Shown one piece after another: positions 14,227 through 21,376 of a stretch of 32,000 bases of DNA. The position numbers were made by a program, and so were the translations under genes. Below the pieces are notes generated by a model. The model did no database searches. It had not been told where the DNA came from and saw only the letters and a program-made list of their open reading frames with translations. The stretch comes from an uncultured Candidatus Micrarchaeota archaeon. GTDB lineage: Archaea > Micrarchaeota > Micrarchaeia > Micrarchaeales > Micrarchaeaceae. Position 1 is the stretch's first letter, and each line of letters starts with the position of its first letter. The stretch covers positions 88,996 to 120,995 of the forward strand of contig CAVUGN010000001.1 of NCBI GenBank assembly GCA_963741095.1, given 5' to 3'.

Positions 14227-14537
14227 GTTAGCACCACACGCCAGGGCTGGGATATTCAGCATTTGCCTTTGAACCCAGAAGGCTCCGAAGAGCCATACGC
14301 TTGCGGGAATCATTTCCAGGCGTACGCGTTACCTGATTCCGCCACCCTGGCACATTTAGGATTTAACGCACTCCTATTTAGGCTTTGCTAAACGTGTTCA
14401 TATATGGGGTACAGCATCTATTTAATGCTAACCCCCGATTTGAATTCCCTTAGGAAACGGGCGCATGAATGAGGCAATCCGTCAATTGTCGTACAGCCAG
14501 TAAGCAATAAATATCTGGAAAGGGGGAGTATATCTTT

Positions 14538-15635
14538 ATGGTACAGGCATTCAAAGAAAGCGTGAACCCTTCGCAGGATAAGTCTAACCCGCAGGGATTT
14601 ATCAGGTCAGATAATCAGGGCAAGAATGATAGCACTGTTAAAGCAGAGCGGAAGCAATCCTCTGATGATGGAAGAAAAGCGTTCATAAACTGGGGTTATG
14701 CGGGCATCGTTAACAGCTGTACCGAAGTAAGCGGAGTTGACAGGCTGATCGGGAACCTTTGGAGGATGCACGAGCTTACGGGGGCCGCGATACCGGTGGA
14801 TCTGCACGAGAAGGTGCTTGACTGGATTGCAGGGTGCCCGGCGGATTGCACATTGAAGATGTTGGAGGCATACCTGCAAGTGGGAAAACCAAATTTCACG
14901 CAGGCGGATGCCGATAAGTTTTACGCAAGGATAATGTATCATGAAAACAACGGTGTCATTATGAGTTCCCCTGGGAATTTTAAGAAGTTATACCGGCTTT
15001 ACGAGATGACTGGGATCAAGAGCAGTAACGATTCTGACATGAGAAGGGCTTACGCCAGGCAGAAGAGTTTAGACTGCTATCCTGACCTGATCGACTACTT
15101 CCTGAACAAGAAAGACAAGAACGAGGTAGTTTCTTTCCTCGAAAAGGTGAGGCTGCCGGTGCACGGTGTCGTTGCGATAAAAATTGAGTTTGGGATGCCG
15201 GTTTCTAAGGACGAGGTGAAGCAGGCATACGAGTACGTTATGAACCTCCGCAAAGCCAACGGCAAGGTTGACAGGCTGGGTGGCATCATCCTCGGATTGA
15301 AGAGCAATCCAGTGCTGGAATCTCTCAAGCAGGATCTTGAGAGGGTTGTCGATCGGGTGAACGACATGAACAAAAGAACACTCTTCAAAGAGGATGCGAA
15401 TGAGGCAAAAGAGGTATTCGAAGCGATAAACAAAGTGATGGATGGCGTCTCAAAGCTGGGTTTGGTGGATTTGAAGGGTTTACGCGAGATGCGTAAGAAG
15501 ATCTATGACATGCAGGAGACTTTCCTTGGATCTTTCTATCATTCTTCCACCCCGATCGAAGGACAAAGACAGTGTTTGATGCTGCAGAAATTGCTGAAGG
15601 ACGAAATAGCCCCGACGATGCAGAATGCGACTTAA
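14538..15635 (+). CDS. Hypothetical protein (365 aa, predicted mostly helical, no recognisable family)
   Basis: A long ORF with coding-like composition and a polar low-complexity N-terminus. It has no TM segment or signal peptide, and I recognise no motifs. An AATAAATA box lies about 25-30 nt upstream of the ATG, so the transcript may be leaderless or short-leadered. Confidence 0.55.
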   Translation: MVQAFKESVNPSQDKSNPQGFIRSDNQGKNDSTVKAERKQSSDDGRKAFINWGYAGIVNSCTEVSGVDRLIGNLWRMHELTGAAIPVDLHEKVLDWIAGCPADCTLKMLEAYLQVGKPNFTQADADKFYARIMYHENNGVIMSSPGNFKKLYRLYEMTGIKSSNDSDMRRAYARQKSLDCYPDLIDYFLNKKDKNEVVSFLEKVRLPVHGVVAIKIEFGMPVSKDEVKQAYEYVMNLRKANGKVDRLGGIILGLKSNPVLESLKQDLERVVDRVNDMNKRTLFKEDANEAKEVFEAINKVMDGVSKLGLVDLKGLREMRKKIYDMQETFLGSFYHSSTPIEGQRQCLMLQKLLKDEIAPTMQNAT

Positions 15636-15716
15636 TCCAGTTAGCTTGGGTAGGGTAAAAGTAATGGACGCACGATTACTGGGACAGGAGGTGGAAATGA
15701 TCGTGCACACCGACAT

Positions 15717-16361
15717 CTACAGGGAGATCAAAAGTTGGGCAAGAAGGGCAGCGCACAACGGGATAGTTAAATTGTCATAATAGTATTTCGCAGGTAGAGA
15801 TTCTATAAGCGCGGATACTGAGGCGATTACGAGGGAGATCCCGAGCAACGTGGGAATTGATGTTATACTGAATGCGAGTACAAAGGCCGTCACGACAAAA
15901 CTCACTATCACAAAAGCGGCGGTGCCCTCCCAGTGCTTTCTTTTATTATAGAATATGGCATGATTCGGGAATGTTTTGCCGAAGATAGAAGCTGCCGAGT
16001 CGCCATAGGAAAGAACCATTATCCCCACAAGGGCACAAGGTAGTTTAAGAAATGAGACTACGATCAAACCTGAAAGACAGATAAACACACCGCCCATCAT
16101 AGTTTTGTTCTTCAACTCATACTCATTTGCCATTATTTTATACGCTCTTGAAGAGAAAGGAATGTTCCAGTTTCTTCCGGTCCTGAGGGAAAATTCAAGC
16201 AGAACAAAGAGGATTAAGAAAATAGAATAAAGTCCGATACCTATGGCTCGGGCCAACAACGCATTGGGGATACCTAGGATAACTAGAGGGGCAATCGTTC
16301 CCGTTATGAGTGCGTGAATGCACTTTCGTTTTATTTCCAATATCACTTCGGAACTAGGCAT
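15717..16361 (-). CDS. Polyprenol/dolichol kinase-like CTP-dependent membrane protein (phosphatidate cytidylyltransferase superfamily)
   Basis: A 214-aa polytopic membrane protein. The motif ...SYGDSAASIFGKTFPNH....RKHWEGTAAF... matches the GD..A...G...G(n)K(S/H)WEG signature of the dolichol kinase / CdsA superfamily. Confidence 0.6.
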   Translation of the reverse strand: MPSSEVILEIKRKCIHALITGTIAPLVILGIPNALLARAIGIGLYSIFLILFVLLEFSLRTGRNWNIPFSSRAYKIMANEYELKNKTMMGGVFICLSGLIVVSFLKLPCALVGIMVLSYGDSAASIFGKTFPNHAIFYNKRKHWEGTAAFVIVSFVVTAFVLAFSITSIPTLLGISLVIASVSALIESLPAKYYYDNLTIPLCAALLAQLLISL

Positions 16362-16864
16362 CAGTAAGGAACCTCTTTCAGACCGATTTTATGGTCTATA
16401 ATGTTGGAAAGACGGTGGAGCGGCGGCGTCAAGACCAAGATTATGATAAGCCCGACGAGCGTAGGCGTTTCAACTGCCGCGGAGAAAACAAGTGCCCCCA
16501 CCACAAAGTCCAACTGGTCAAACGGAAACCAAGATTTTCCCGGGGGTATTCCGCGCTGCCTCTTGAAAAAAGACTTCACGGCGTCTCCCGTCATGGCACC
16601 AAATCCCAGAAGCACGCCCAACAGTAACCCCTCGGGCTTGCCAAAAACAAACTGCTGCAGACCACCAAGAAGGGATCCGCACAACGCACCACCTACAAAA
16701 CCCCTGACTGTTTTAGAGGGACCGAAGATTGGCTTGCCCCCGAAAGTCCGCCCGAAGTCCAAAGGCGTTTTTCCCCTCAATCTGAACCATACGGGGCTTA
16801 TGGTGGCGAAATATGCCGGAACAATGAACCACATGGCACCTAGAAACTCCGTTAGAAGGTTCAT
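16361..16864 (-). CDS. carS: CDP-archaeol synthase (CarS, DUF46)
   Basis: 167 aa. TPLDFGRTFGGKPIFGPSKTVRGFVGG, FGAMTGDAVKSFFKRQRGI, FDQLDFV and C-terminal GLKEVPY closely follow the CarS pattern as I remember it from the Archaeoglobus enzyme. Confidence 0.88.
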   Translation of the reverse strand: MNLLTEFLGAMWFIVPAYFATISPVWFRLRGKTPLDFGRTFGGKPIFGPSKTVRGFVGGALCGSLLGGLQQFVFGKPEGLLLGVLLGFGAMTGDAVKSFFKRQRGIPPGKSWFPFDQLDFVVGALVFSAAVETPTLVGLIIILVLTPPLHRLSNIIDHKIGLKEVPY

Positions 16865-16868
16865 AGAG

Positions 16869-17474
16869 TCACGTCTCTTTCACGGTTTTGAAGAACAGGC
16901 TTAGGGATTTGGCAAGAGAAAGCGGCATCAATACGAAGGCGGCAATTAGGAATGCAACATTTATCGGATAAAGTCCAAGAATATAGGAGACCTCCATCGC
17001 GAAGAATACAACGAACGTGGCTTTCCCAAACACTGTGGGGGGCACAAATCTCAAACCCCTCGCCTTGAGGTATACGTTGTACGTGGTCATGACCACCTCC
17101 CGGCTCACAATAAGAACTAGCCCCCACCAAGGAAAGACCCCTATTACAAACAAGCTCCCCAACAAGGCAATAAGATTAAGTCTGTCTGCCGCAAAATCGA
17201 TCATTCGACCAAACTCGCTTGCCTGTTTGAGAAACCGCGCTATTCTGCCATCCGCTACATCCGTGCAGAAAGAAACCGTAACTAAAATTGCCGCGGCCAC
17301 CATATTTCGGGTCAAAATCGTGTACACTATTGGTGCCACAAGCACCATTCTTGAGAAACTGAGCAAGTTTGGCAGAGTGAGATACTTGGTTTTTCCCTTA
17401 GGGGAATCATGGTTGCCTCTTATCCTAGCAATTTTTCTAGTCAATGCCCCCCCTACGCTTGATCTAAAACACAC
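16869..17474 (-). CDS. CDP-alcohol phosphatidyltransferase (archaetidyl head-group synthase; specificity unknown)
   Basis: TDVADGRIARFLKQASEFGRMIDFAADRL matches D-x2-D-G-x2-A-R-x8-G-x3-D-x3-D. It is a polytopic membrane protein. The start is uncertain (GTG 17474). Confidence 0.85.
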   Translation of the reverse strand: MCFRSSVGGALTRKIARIRGNHDSPKGKTKYLTLPNLLSFSRMVLVAPIVYTILTRNMVAAAILVTVSFCTDVADGRIARFLKQASEFGRMIDFAADRLNLIALLGSLFVIGVFPWWGLVLIVSREVVMTTYNVYLKARGLRFVPPTVFGKATFVVFFAMEVSYILGLYPINVAFLIAAFVLMPLSLAKSLSLFFKTVKET

Positions 17475-17527
17475 CTGTTTTTCTCCTTTTCGAAATATTA
17501 AACAATTTACTTATGCGAAACACACTG

Positions 17528-17618
17528 CGGGCCCGGTGGGATTTGAACCCACGACCTTCACCTCTCTTCCAAGCAAATTCTCTCGTCTTTTTGAGCTTTC
17601 CATAGCAACCCCGAACCC
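17528..17618 (-). ncRNA. tRNA-like element (perfect T-arm and acceptor helix; D and anticodon regions non-canonical). Possible intron-containing or atypical tRNA, or a pseudogene.
   Basis: The minus strand ends ...AGGTC GTGGG TTCAAAT CCCAC CGGGCCC G. The 5' partner GGGTTCG (17612-17618) pairs with CGGGCCC through two G:U pairs, and the helix reaches 9 bp with flanking GC/GC. The internal 59 nt contain a purine tract AAAAAGACGAGAGAA and a 7-bp hairpin (17557-17577). I could not derive a cloverleaf with U33. Confidence 0.4.
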
Positions 17619-17687
17619 GCCTTTTGGCACGATCTTCTTCTGCTTGATCCTTAGAATCGAACCCGGCTTTGTCGTCGTAAAATACGC

Positions 17688-17762
17688 CGGGCCCGGTGGG
17701 ATTCGGACCCACGACATACGGATTAAAAGTCCGCCACTCTAGCCTGACTGAGTTACGGGCCC
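17688..17762 (-). tRNA. tRNA-Lys (anticodon UUU), 75 nt, CCA not encoded
   Basis: The minus strand folds as GGGCCCG TA ACTC AGTCAGGCTA GAGT G GCGGA CTTTTAA TCCGT ATGTC GTGGG TCCGAAT CCCAC CGGGCCC G. All four stems pair, with one G:U in the anticodon stem. Confidence 0.9.
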
Positions 17763-17784
17763 CGTTAATTAATGTGCTCATCAA

Positions 17785-17793
17785 TTTATATAA
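17785..17793 (-). promoter_or_regulatory. Candidate TATA box for tRNA-Lys (possibly bidirectional with lipA)
   Basis: The minus strand reads TTATATAAA and ends 23 nt upstream of the tRNA 5' end at 17762. The same AT-rich box on the plus strand lies about 60 nt upstream of lipA ATG 17855. Confidence 0.55.
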
Positions 17794-17854
17794 TAATTGC
17801 CCTGCTACGGACCGCTATTAAAAAAAGCCTTCTCTACGTTATTGTTGGGATAGT

Positions 17855-18718
17855 ATGCTGCCAGAATGGCTTGCGATAAAGCCCGCAACAACCAAAAGGT
17901 ATGACGAGATAAGGCGGTCGATGCTCTCCTCTGGAACTTGCACGGTCTGCGTCGAGGCGCACTGCCCGAACATGTCCGAGTGCTGGAGCGCCGGAACTGC
18001 TACGTTCATGATCCTGGGCGATACCTGCACGAGAGGCTGCAGGTTCTGCAACGTTAAAAGGGGCGCTTCGGGCGCACAGGTGGACGAATCAGAGCCGGAG
18101 AAGCTCGCGGGCATGATAAAGAGGTGGAAGCTTAGTTACATTGTACTGACATCGGTCTGCAGGGACGACCTTGCGGATCAGGGAGCTTCGCATTTTGCCG
18201 CCTGCATCGAAAAAATCCGATTGGAGAATCCGAAAACGGTTATCGAGGTACTCATACCCGATTTTAGGGGCGACGTTTCGTGTTTGCAGAGGGTAGTCGA
18301 TGCACGCCCTGACGTGATAGGGCATAACATCGAAACAGTTGAACGGCTTACTCCAACGGTGAGGGACAGACGAGCAAGCTATTCGCAGTCGATTGAGGTT
18401 CTGCGCAAATCGAAGCTGCTTGACAAGAGAATCTACACGAAATCTGCGATGATGCTGGGATTGGGCGAGACGGATGATGAGATCATATCCGCGTTCGGGG
18501 ATCTCAGAGAAGCCGGAGTCGATTTCTTTGCGGTTGGTCAGTATCTCAGGCCGTCCGTTCGCAACATTGAGGTAAAGGAGTACATCAGGCCCGAAAAGTT
18601 TGAGGAATTGAGGGAGAAGGCGCTGCAATCTGGATTCGTTTACGTCGCATCAGGGCCGTTCGTCAGAAGTTCTTACAGGGCAGGGGAATATTTCGTAAAA
18701 TCCCTTGTTAAGAGGTAA
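17855..18718 (+). CDS. lipA: Lipoyl synthase LipA (radical SAM)
   Basis: 287 aa. CVEAHCPNMSECW (auxiliary cluster CX4CX5C) and CTRGCRFCNV (radical-SAM CX3CX2C), with the LipA-typical RSSY near the C-terminus. Confidence 0.92.
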   Translation: MLPEWLAIKPATTKRYDEIRRSMLSSGTCTVCVEAHCPNMSECWSAGTATFMILGDTCTRGCRFCNVKRGASGAQVDESEPEKLAGMIKRWKLSYIVLTSVCRDDLADQGASHFAACIEKIRLENPKTVIEVLIPDFRGDVSCLQRVVDARPDVIGHNIETVERLTPTVRDRRASYSQSIEVLRKSKLLDKRIYTKSAMMLGLGETDDEIISAFGDLREAGVDFFAVGQYLRPSVRNIEVKEYIRPEKFEELREKALQSGFVYVASGPFVRSSYRAGEYFVKSLVKR

Positions 18719-19423
18719 TCATCTGCTGAAATTCCACGCTTCTGTGCCGTAGACCGTCTTTGCCAGTTCCTCTGCCCTCCTTGATTCTTCGCTGCTCAAT
18801 GTTCCGAATCCGAAATCCTTGCCAGAAGTGAATCCCTTTACAAGCGCGTTGTAGAGCTCGTTTATCGAGACGTCTGAATTCTTTTTTACCGATGTGACGC
18901 GCTCCTCTGCGCTCTTTATCATCCTGTCTGACAGCTTTTCTGCGCTGACGTTGAGGACGGAGAACATCTTTTTCAGGTCGGTGTCGTAGAGCACCGTGCC
19001 GTGCTGCAGCAGCACGCCCTGTTTCCTTGTCTGCGCGTTGCCGGATATTTTTTTCCCGTTGACGGTTATGTCGTTTATCGGCTCGAAGCTTGCATCCAAT
19101 CCGATCTCCTTCAGGCCGGATATTATCCAGCCGCATACGAACCTGTAGCTTTCTCTTATTCCTTGCGGGAAGAGCTGCAGCGGCGCAATCACGCTGTAGG
19201 TTATTTCTCCGTTGAAGTCGTGGAAGACCGCTCCGCCGCCAGTTATCCTTCTTATGCAATCGATTCCGAGAGCTTTGCACCTCTGCACGTTAACCTCTTT
19301 GGCCATGCTCTGGAAGGTGCCGATCGATACCGCGCTGGGATCCCATCTGTAAAAACGTATCGTTGGCGCCGCTTTTTTGTCGCGCACCGCCTCCATTATC
19401 GACTCGTCGATGCCCATGTTCAT
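18719..19423 (-). CDS. lplA: Lipoate-protein ligase A, catalytic domain (LplA); true 5' end probably upstream of the first canonical start
   Basis: ...RFYRWDPSAVSIGTFQS...RRITGGGAVFHDFNGEITYSVI...GKKISGNAQTRKQGVLLQHGTVLY... is the LplA/BPL_LplA_LipB fold. The frame stays open upstream through 19456 and encodes RIIGLEAHDAR, which resembles the conserved first beta-strand. Confidence 0.85.
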   Translation of the reverse strand: MNMGIDESIMEAVRDKKAAPTIRFYRWDPSAVSIGTFQSMAKEVNVQRCKALGIDCIRRITGGGAVFHDFNGEITYSVIAPLQLFPQGIRESYRFVCGWIISGLKEIGLDASFEPINDITVNGKKISGNAQTRKQGVLLQHGTVLYDTDLKKMFSVLNVSAEKLSDRMIKSAEERVTSVKKNSDVSINELYNALVKGFTSGKDFGFGTLSSEESRRAEELAKTVYGTEAWNFSR

Positions 19424-19449
19424 GCGGGCGTCATGAGCTTCAAGCCCGA

Positions 19450-19749
19450 TTATTCTCCACTGCGTTTTCTCACCGCGATGCCTATCGTTTCTGCTATCGC
19501 CTCTGGCGTTACGCCTATCAGTTCGGCCTTTTCTGCCGCGATAACTCCGTTCAGCACTGCCACCATCTCTTTGCCGCTCGAATCCGCATTCATGCCGATC
19601 AGCGCCTTCTCCATCTTGTACAAGGATTCCTCTGGATGGATGAAAAAGTCGCCCAGTATCCTGATGCTCCTTATGCGGTCGTCGTATTCTATGCTTACTC
19701 CGACAAGCTTGCCGCCTTTTATCTTCTGTTCAGCAAATGCCTTCATCAA
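19450..19749 (-). CDS. lplB: Lipoate-protein ligase accessory (C-terminal) domain protein LplB
   Basis: 99 aa. ...KGGKLVGVSIEYDDRIRSIRILGDFFIHPEE... matches the LplA C-terminal domain, which Thermoplasma-type systems encode as a separate gene. It lies immediately upstream of lplA. Confidence 0.8.
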   Translation of the reverse strand: MMKAFAEQKIKGGKLVGVSIEYDDRIRSIRILGDFFIHPEESLYKMEKALIGMNADSSGKEMVAVLNGVIAAEKAELIGVTPEAIAETIGIAVRKRSGE

Positions 19750-19764
19750 GAACGCCTTCCAAGT

Positions 19765-20469
19765 TTAGAGTTTGAACGACGGAAACGGCTCTGCCAGATT
19801 TATCACGCGGACGTACATGTGGGATTTGCCGCTGAATGAGTTAGACGTCTCGACCTGGCCGGTGAGGTAGTTGTAGCTGATGGAGTTAAACACTCTCTTC
19901 TGGTCGACCTTTGCAAAGGCAAGGAATCTTGCCTCGCCGTCATGGAAGATCTCGTACGAACCTATGAAATGCTCTCCCTTGTAGAAGAAGCCGTAGACCT
20001 TCGGCGCACCACTGTCATCACCCATCCCGCTTAGCAGCACCTTTATCAGCGATGCGAAATCCTTTACCGGCAGCAGTTTTATCTCCGGCTTTGCGCTGTT
20101 CTTCGCGCCGTAGGGGCTCTTCATGAACTCTATTATCGGTATCTTGTAAAGCCTCAGGTCCGGGGCCTCGGCGTTTATGTCGTCCTTCATCTCCGCGCCC
20201 TCCTCCCTTACGGATTCTTCTCCAGGGCTGTAGACGCAGAACTTGCCGATGCTGTTTGAGTCGCAGTAGTAGAGCAGGCGCACCTCGCCGACCTTCTCAC
20301 CCATGGTGAACAGATGGTATAACTTGTTCTCCTTCACTGCGTTTATGGGGCTCACGGAGCCAGTGAAGTCGCAGACGTTCCTTGCAAGATCAAGGATGGA
20401 GTTGAGCTTTATGTAGCATGCTGCCGTCTCGCCTCCGGCCTTGCCTTTTTTCTTTGGCATTGCACTCAT
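19765..20469 (-). CDS. Hypothetical cytoplasmic protein (234 aa), last gene of the pilin-associated cluster
   Basis: Its start overlaps the stop of the upstream secreted-protein gene by 4 nt (20466-20469), implying co-translation. It has no TM segment and no motif I recognise. Confidence 0.55.
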   Translation of the reverse strand: MSAMPKKKGKAGGETAACYIKLNSILDLARNVCDFTGSVSPINAVKENKLYHLFTMGEKVGEVRLLYYCDSNSIGKFCVYSPGEESVREEGAEMKDDINAEAPDLRLYKIPIIEFMKSPYGAKNSAKPEIKLLPVKDFASLIKVLLSGMGDDSGAPKVYGFFYKGEHFIGSYEIFHDGEARFLAFAKVDQKRVFNSISYNYLTGQVETSNSFSGKSHMYVRVINLAEPFPSFKL

Positions 20470-21290
20470 CTATTGAACAGGAGGTTTATCAGGTACATGA
20501 CCGCATACGCTGGCTCGTAGATTATCGGAAATGCCGGGGTGCCCTCGCCTATCGCGGCATAGTCGTTGGGTATGCTCGCCTTCACCGTGAGGGTTATGTT
20601 GCTCTGCTGCGATATGCGGGAGCTTGCCACGGAGCTGACGCGCAGCACCGTGTGATAGACGTTTGGCTCCTGGGCGTATATCGAGTAGATGTAGGTCTGC
20701 GCGGTGTGGTGCAGCGCTATGACCGTTGAGTTGGAGTCCCAGGCCGGCAGGCCCTGCATGCCGATCACGAACGGGCTGTCGGAAACTCCGGTGTTGTTTA
20801 TGTGCACGTACACCTTCGCAGGCTGGCCTATGCCAGAGCTTATGTCCGTGGGCGTTACGCTGAGCTTGAAGACGTCGGGAGTTACGTTCACGTAGATGTG
20901 GAAGGTTAGGTTCCCGACTTTTGAGTAGTTGCCGACATTGACCGCGGTGAGGTTGATCCGGTACATCCCGTCGATTGCGCCGGGTGCCACAGTCAGCTTG
21001 ACTGTCGGGTATTGGTTGTAGAGCGAGGAGTTCTGCGCTATCCAGCCCCCGGGCACGTAGGAGGCGACAAGCTTGTTCCATCCCTGGTTGAGCAGGTAGC
21101 CTGTTGAATTCGTGGTCGCGGAGGAGATCGTGATGTAGAAGGTCTGGCCCGGACCGGCCTTGCCTATGAACACGCTGCTGTTGTTCTGCACAGTCACGTT
21201 GTAGGGCTCCACTATGTTGACATAGGCTGCGCTAGACAGCGTCATCAGTACCAGCAGGATCAAAGGCGCAAAGTAAACGGTTCTTACCAC
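20466..21290 (-). CDS. Secreted/membrane-anchored glycoprotein candidate (274 aa)
   Basis: GTG start. Signal peptide MVRTVYFAPLILLVLMTLSSAAY. Many N-x-S/T sequons (NVT, NNS, NST, NSS, NLT, NYS, NVT, NNT, NST, NIT). Beta-rich repetitive body and a hydrophobic C-terminus (AYAVMYLINLLF). Confidence 0.7.
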   Translation of the reverse strand: MVRTVYFAPLILLVLMTLSSAAYVNIVEPYNVTVQNNSSVFIGKAGPGQTFYITISSATTNSTGYLLNQGWNKLVASYVPGGWIAQNSSLYNQYPTVKLTVAPGAIDGMYRINLTAVNVGNYSKVGNLTFHIYVNVTPDVFKLSVTPTDISSGIGQPAKVYVHINNTGVSDSPFVIGMQGLPAWDSNSTVIALHHTAQTYIYSIYAQEPNVYHTVLRVSSVASSRISQQSNITLTVKASIPNDYAAIGEGTPAFPIIYEPAYAVMYLINLLFNR

Positions 21291-21376
21291 ACAATCACTT
21301 CACTATAGTTTCAAAGCATACATTAATTTAGTTTTTGTTGGGCGGCCTTGGGGCCCTTCTGCCCGCACTTGTGCGT

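Noticed and set aside
13603-14313. Track start at 14313 for S13 (MIPASVWLFGAFWVQRQMLNIPALACGAN...).
   Set aside because: The extra 29 aa are hydrophobic and unlike any uS13 N-terminus. ATG 14226, preceded by GGTG, gives a sensible polar extension.
17526-17620. Interpretation of the tRNA-like element as tRNA-Sec, based on the possible 9-bp acceptor helix, roughly 91-nt length and a TCA triplet at GCTCAAA.
   Set aside because: The T stem is 5 bp, not the 4 bp of the 9/4 fold. No 6-7 bp D stem exists. The TCA triplet is not in a loop with U33 flanked by a stem. No selenoprotein machinery is visible.
17528-17762. The two similar tRNA 3' ends as att-site duplication from an integrated element.
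   Set aside because: The two T-loops differ (TCCGAAT versus TTCAAAT) and only about 160 nt lies between them, with no integrase or cargo. A direct-repeat att pair would be identical and would flank a larger insert.
17017-17784. ORFs 17017-17742 (+), 17464-17784 (-) and 17511-17717 (-).
   Set aside because: They run antisense to the CDP-alcohol phosphatidyltransferase gene and/or straight through tRNA-Lys and the tRNA-like element. Their translations show no coding signal.
18716-18721. Abutting convergent stop codons of lipA (TAA 18716-18718) and lplA (TGA on minus, 18719-18721) as a special regulatory arrangement.
   Set aside because: Zero-spacer convergent genes are expected in a highly compacted genome. 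There is no hairpin or T-tract to suggest a dedicated bidirectional terminator. The arrangement is noted only as evidence of compaction.
19440-19480. A programmed -1 frameshift site with a classical slippery heptamer at the lplB/lplA overlap.
   Set aside because: I could not find an X_XXY_YYZ heptamer in the lplB frame in the last roughly 40 nt, nor an obvious downstream pseudoknot. The frameshift remains only one of three explanations in the corresponding finding.
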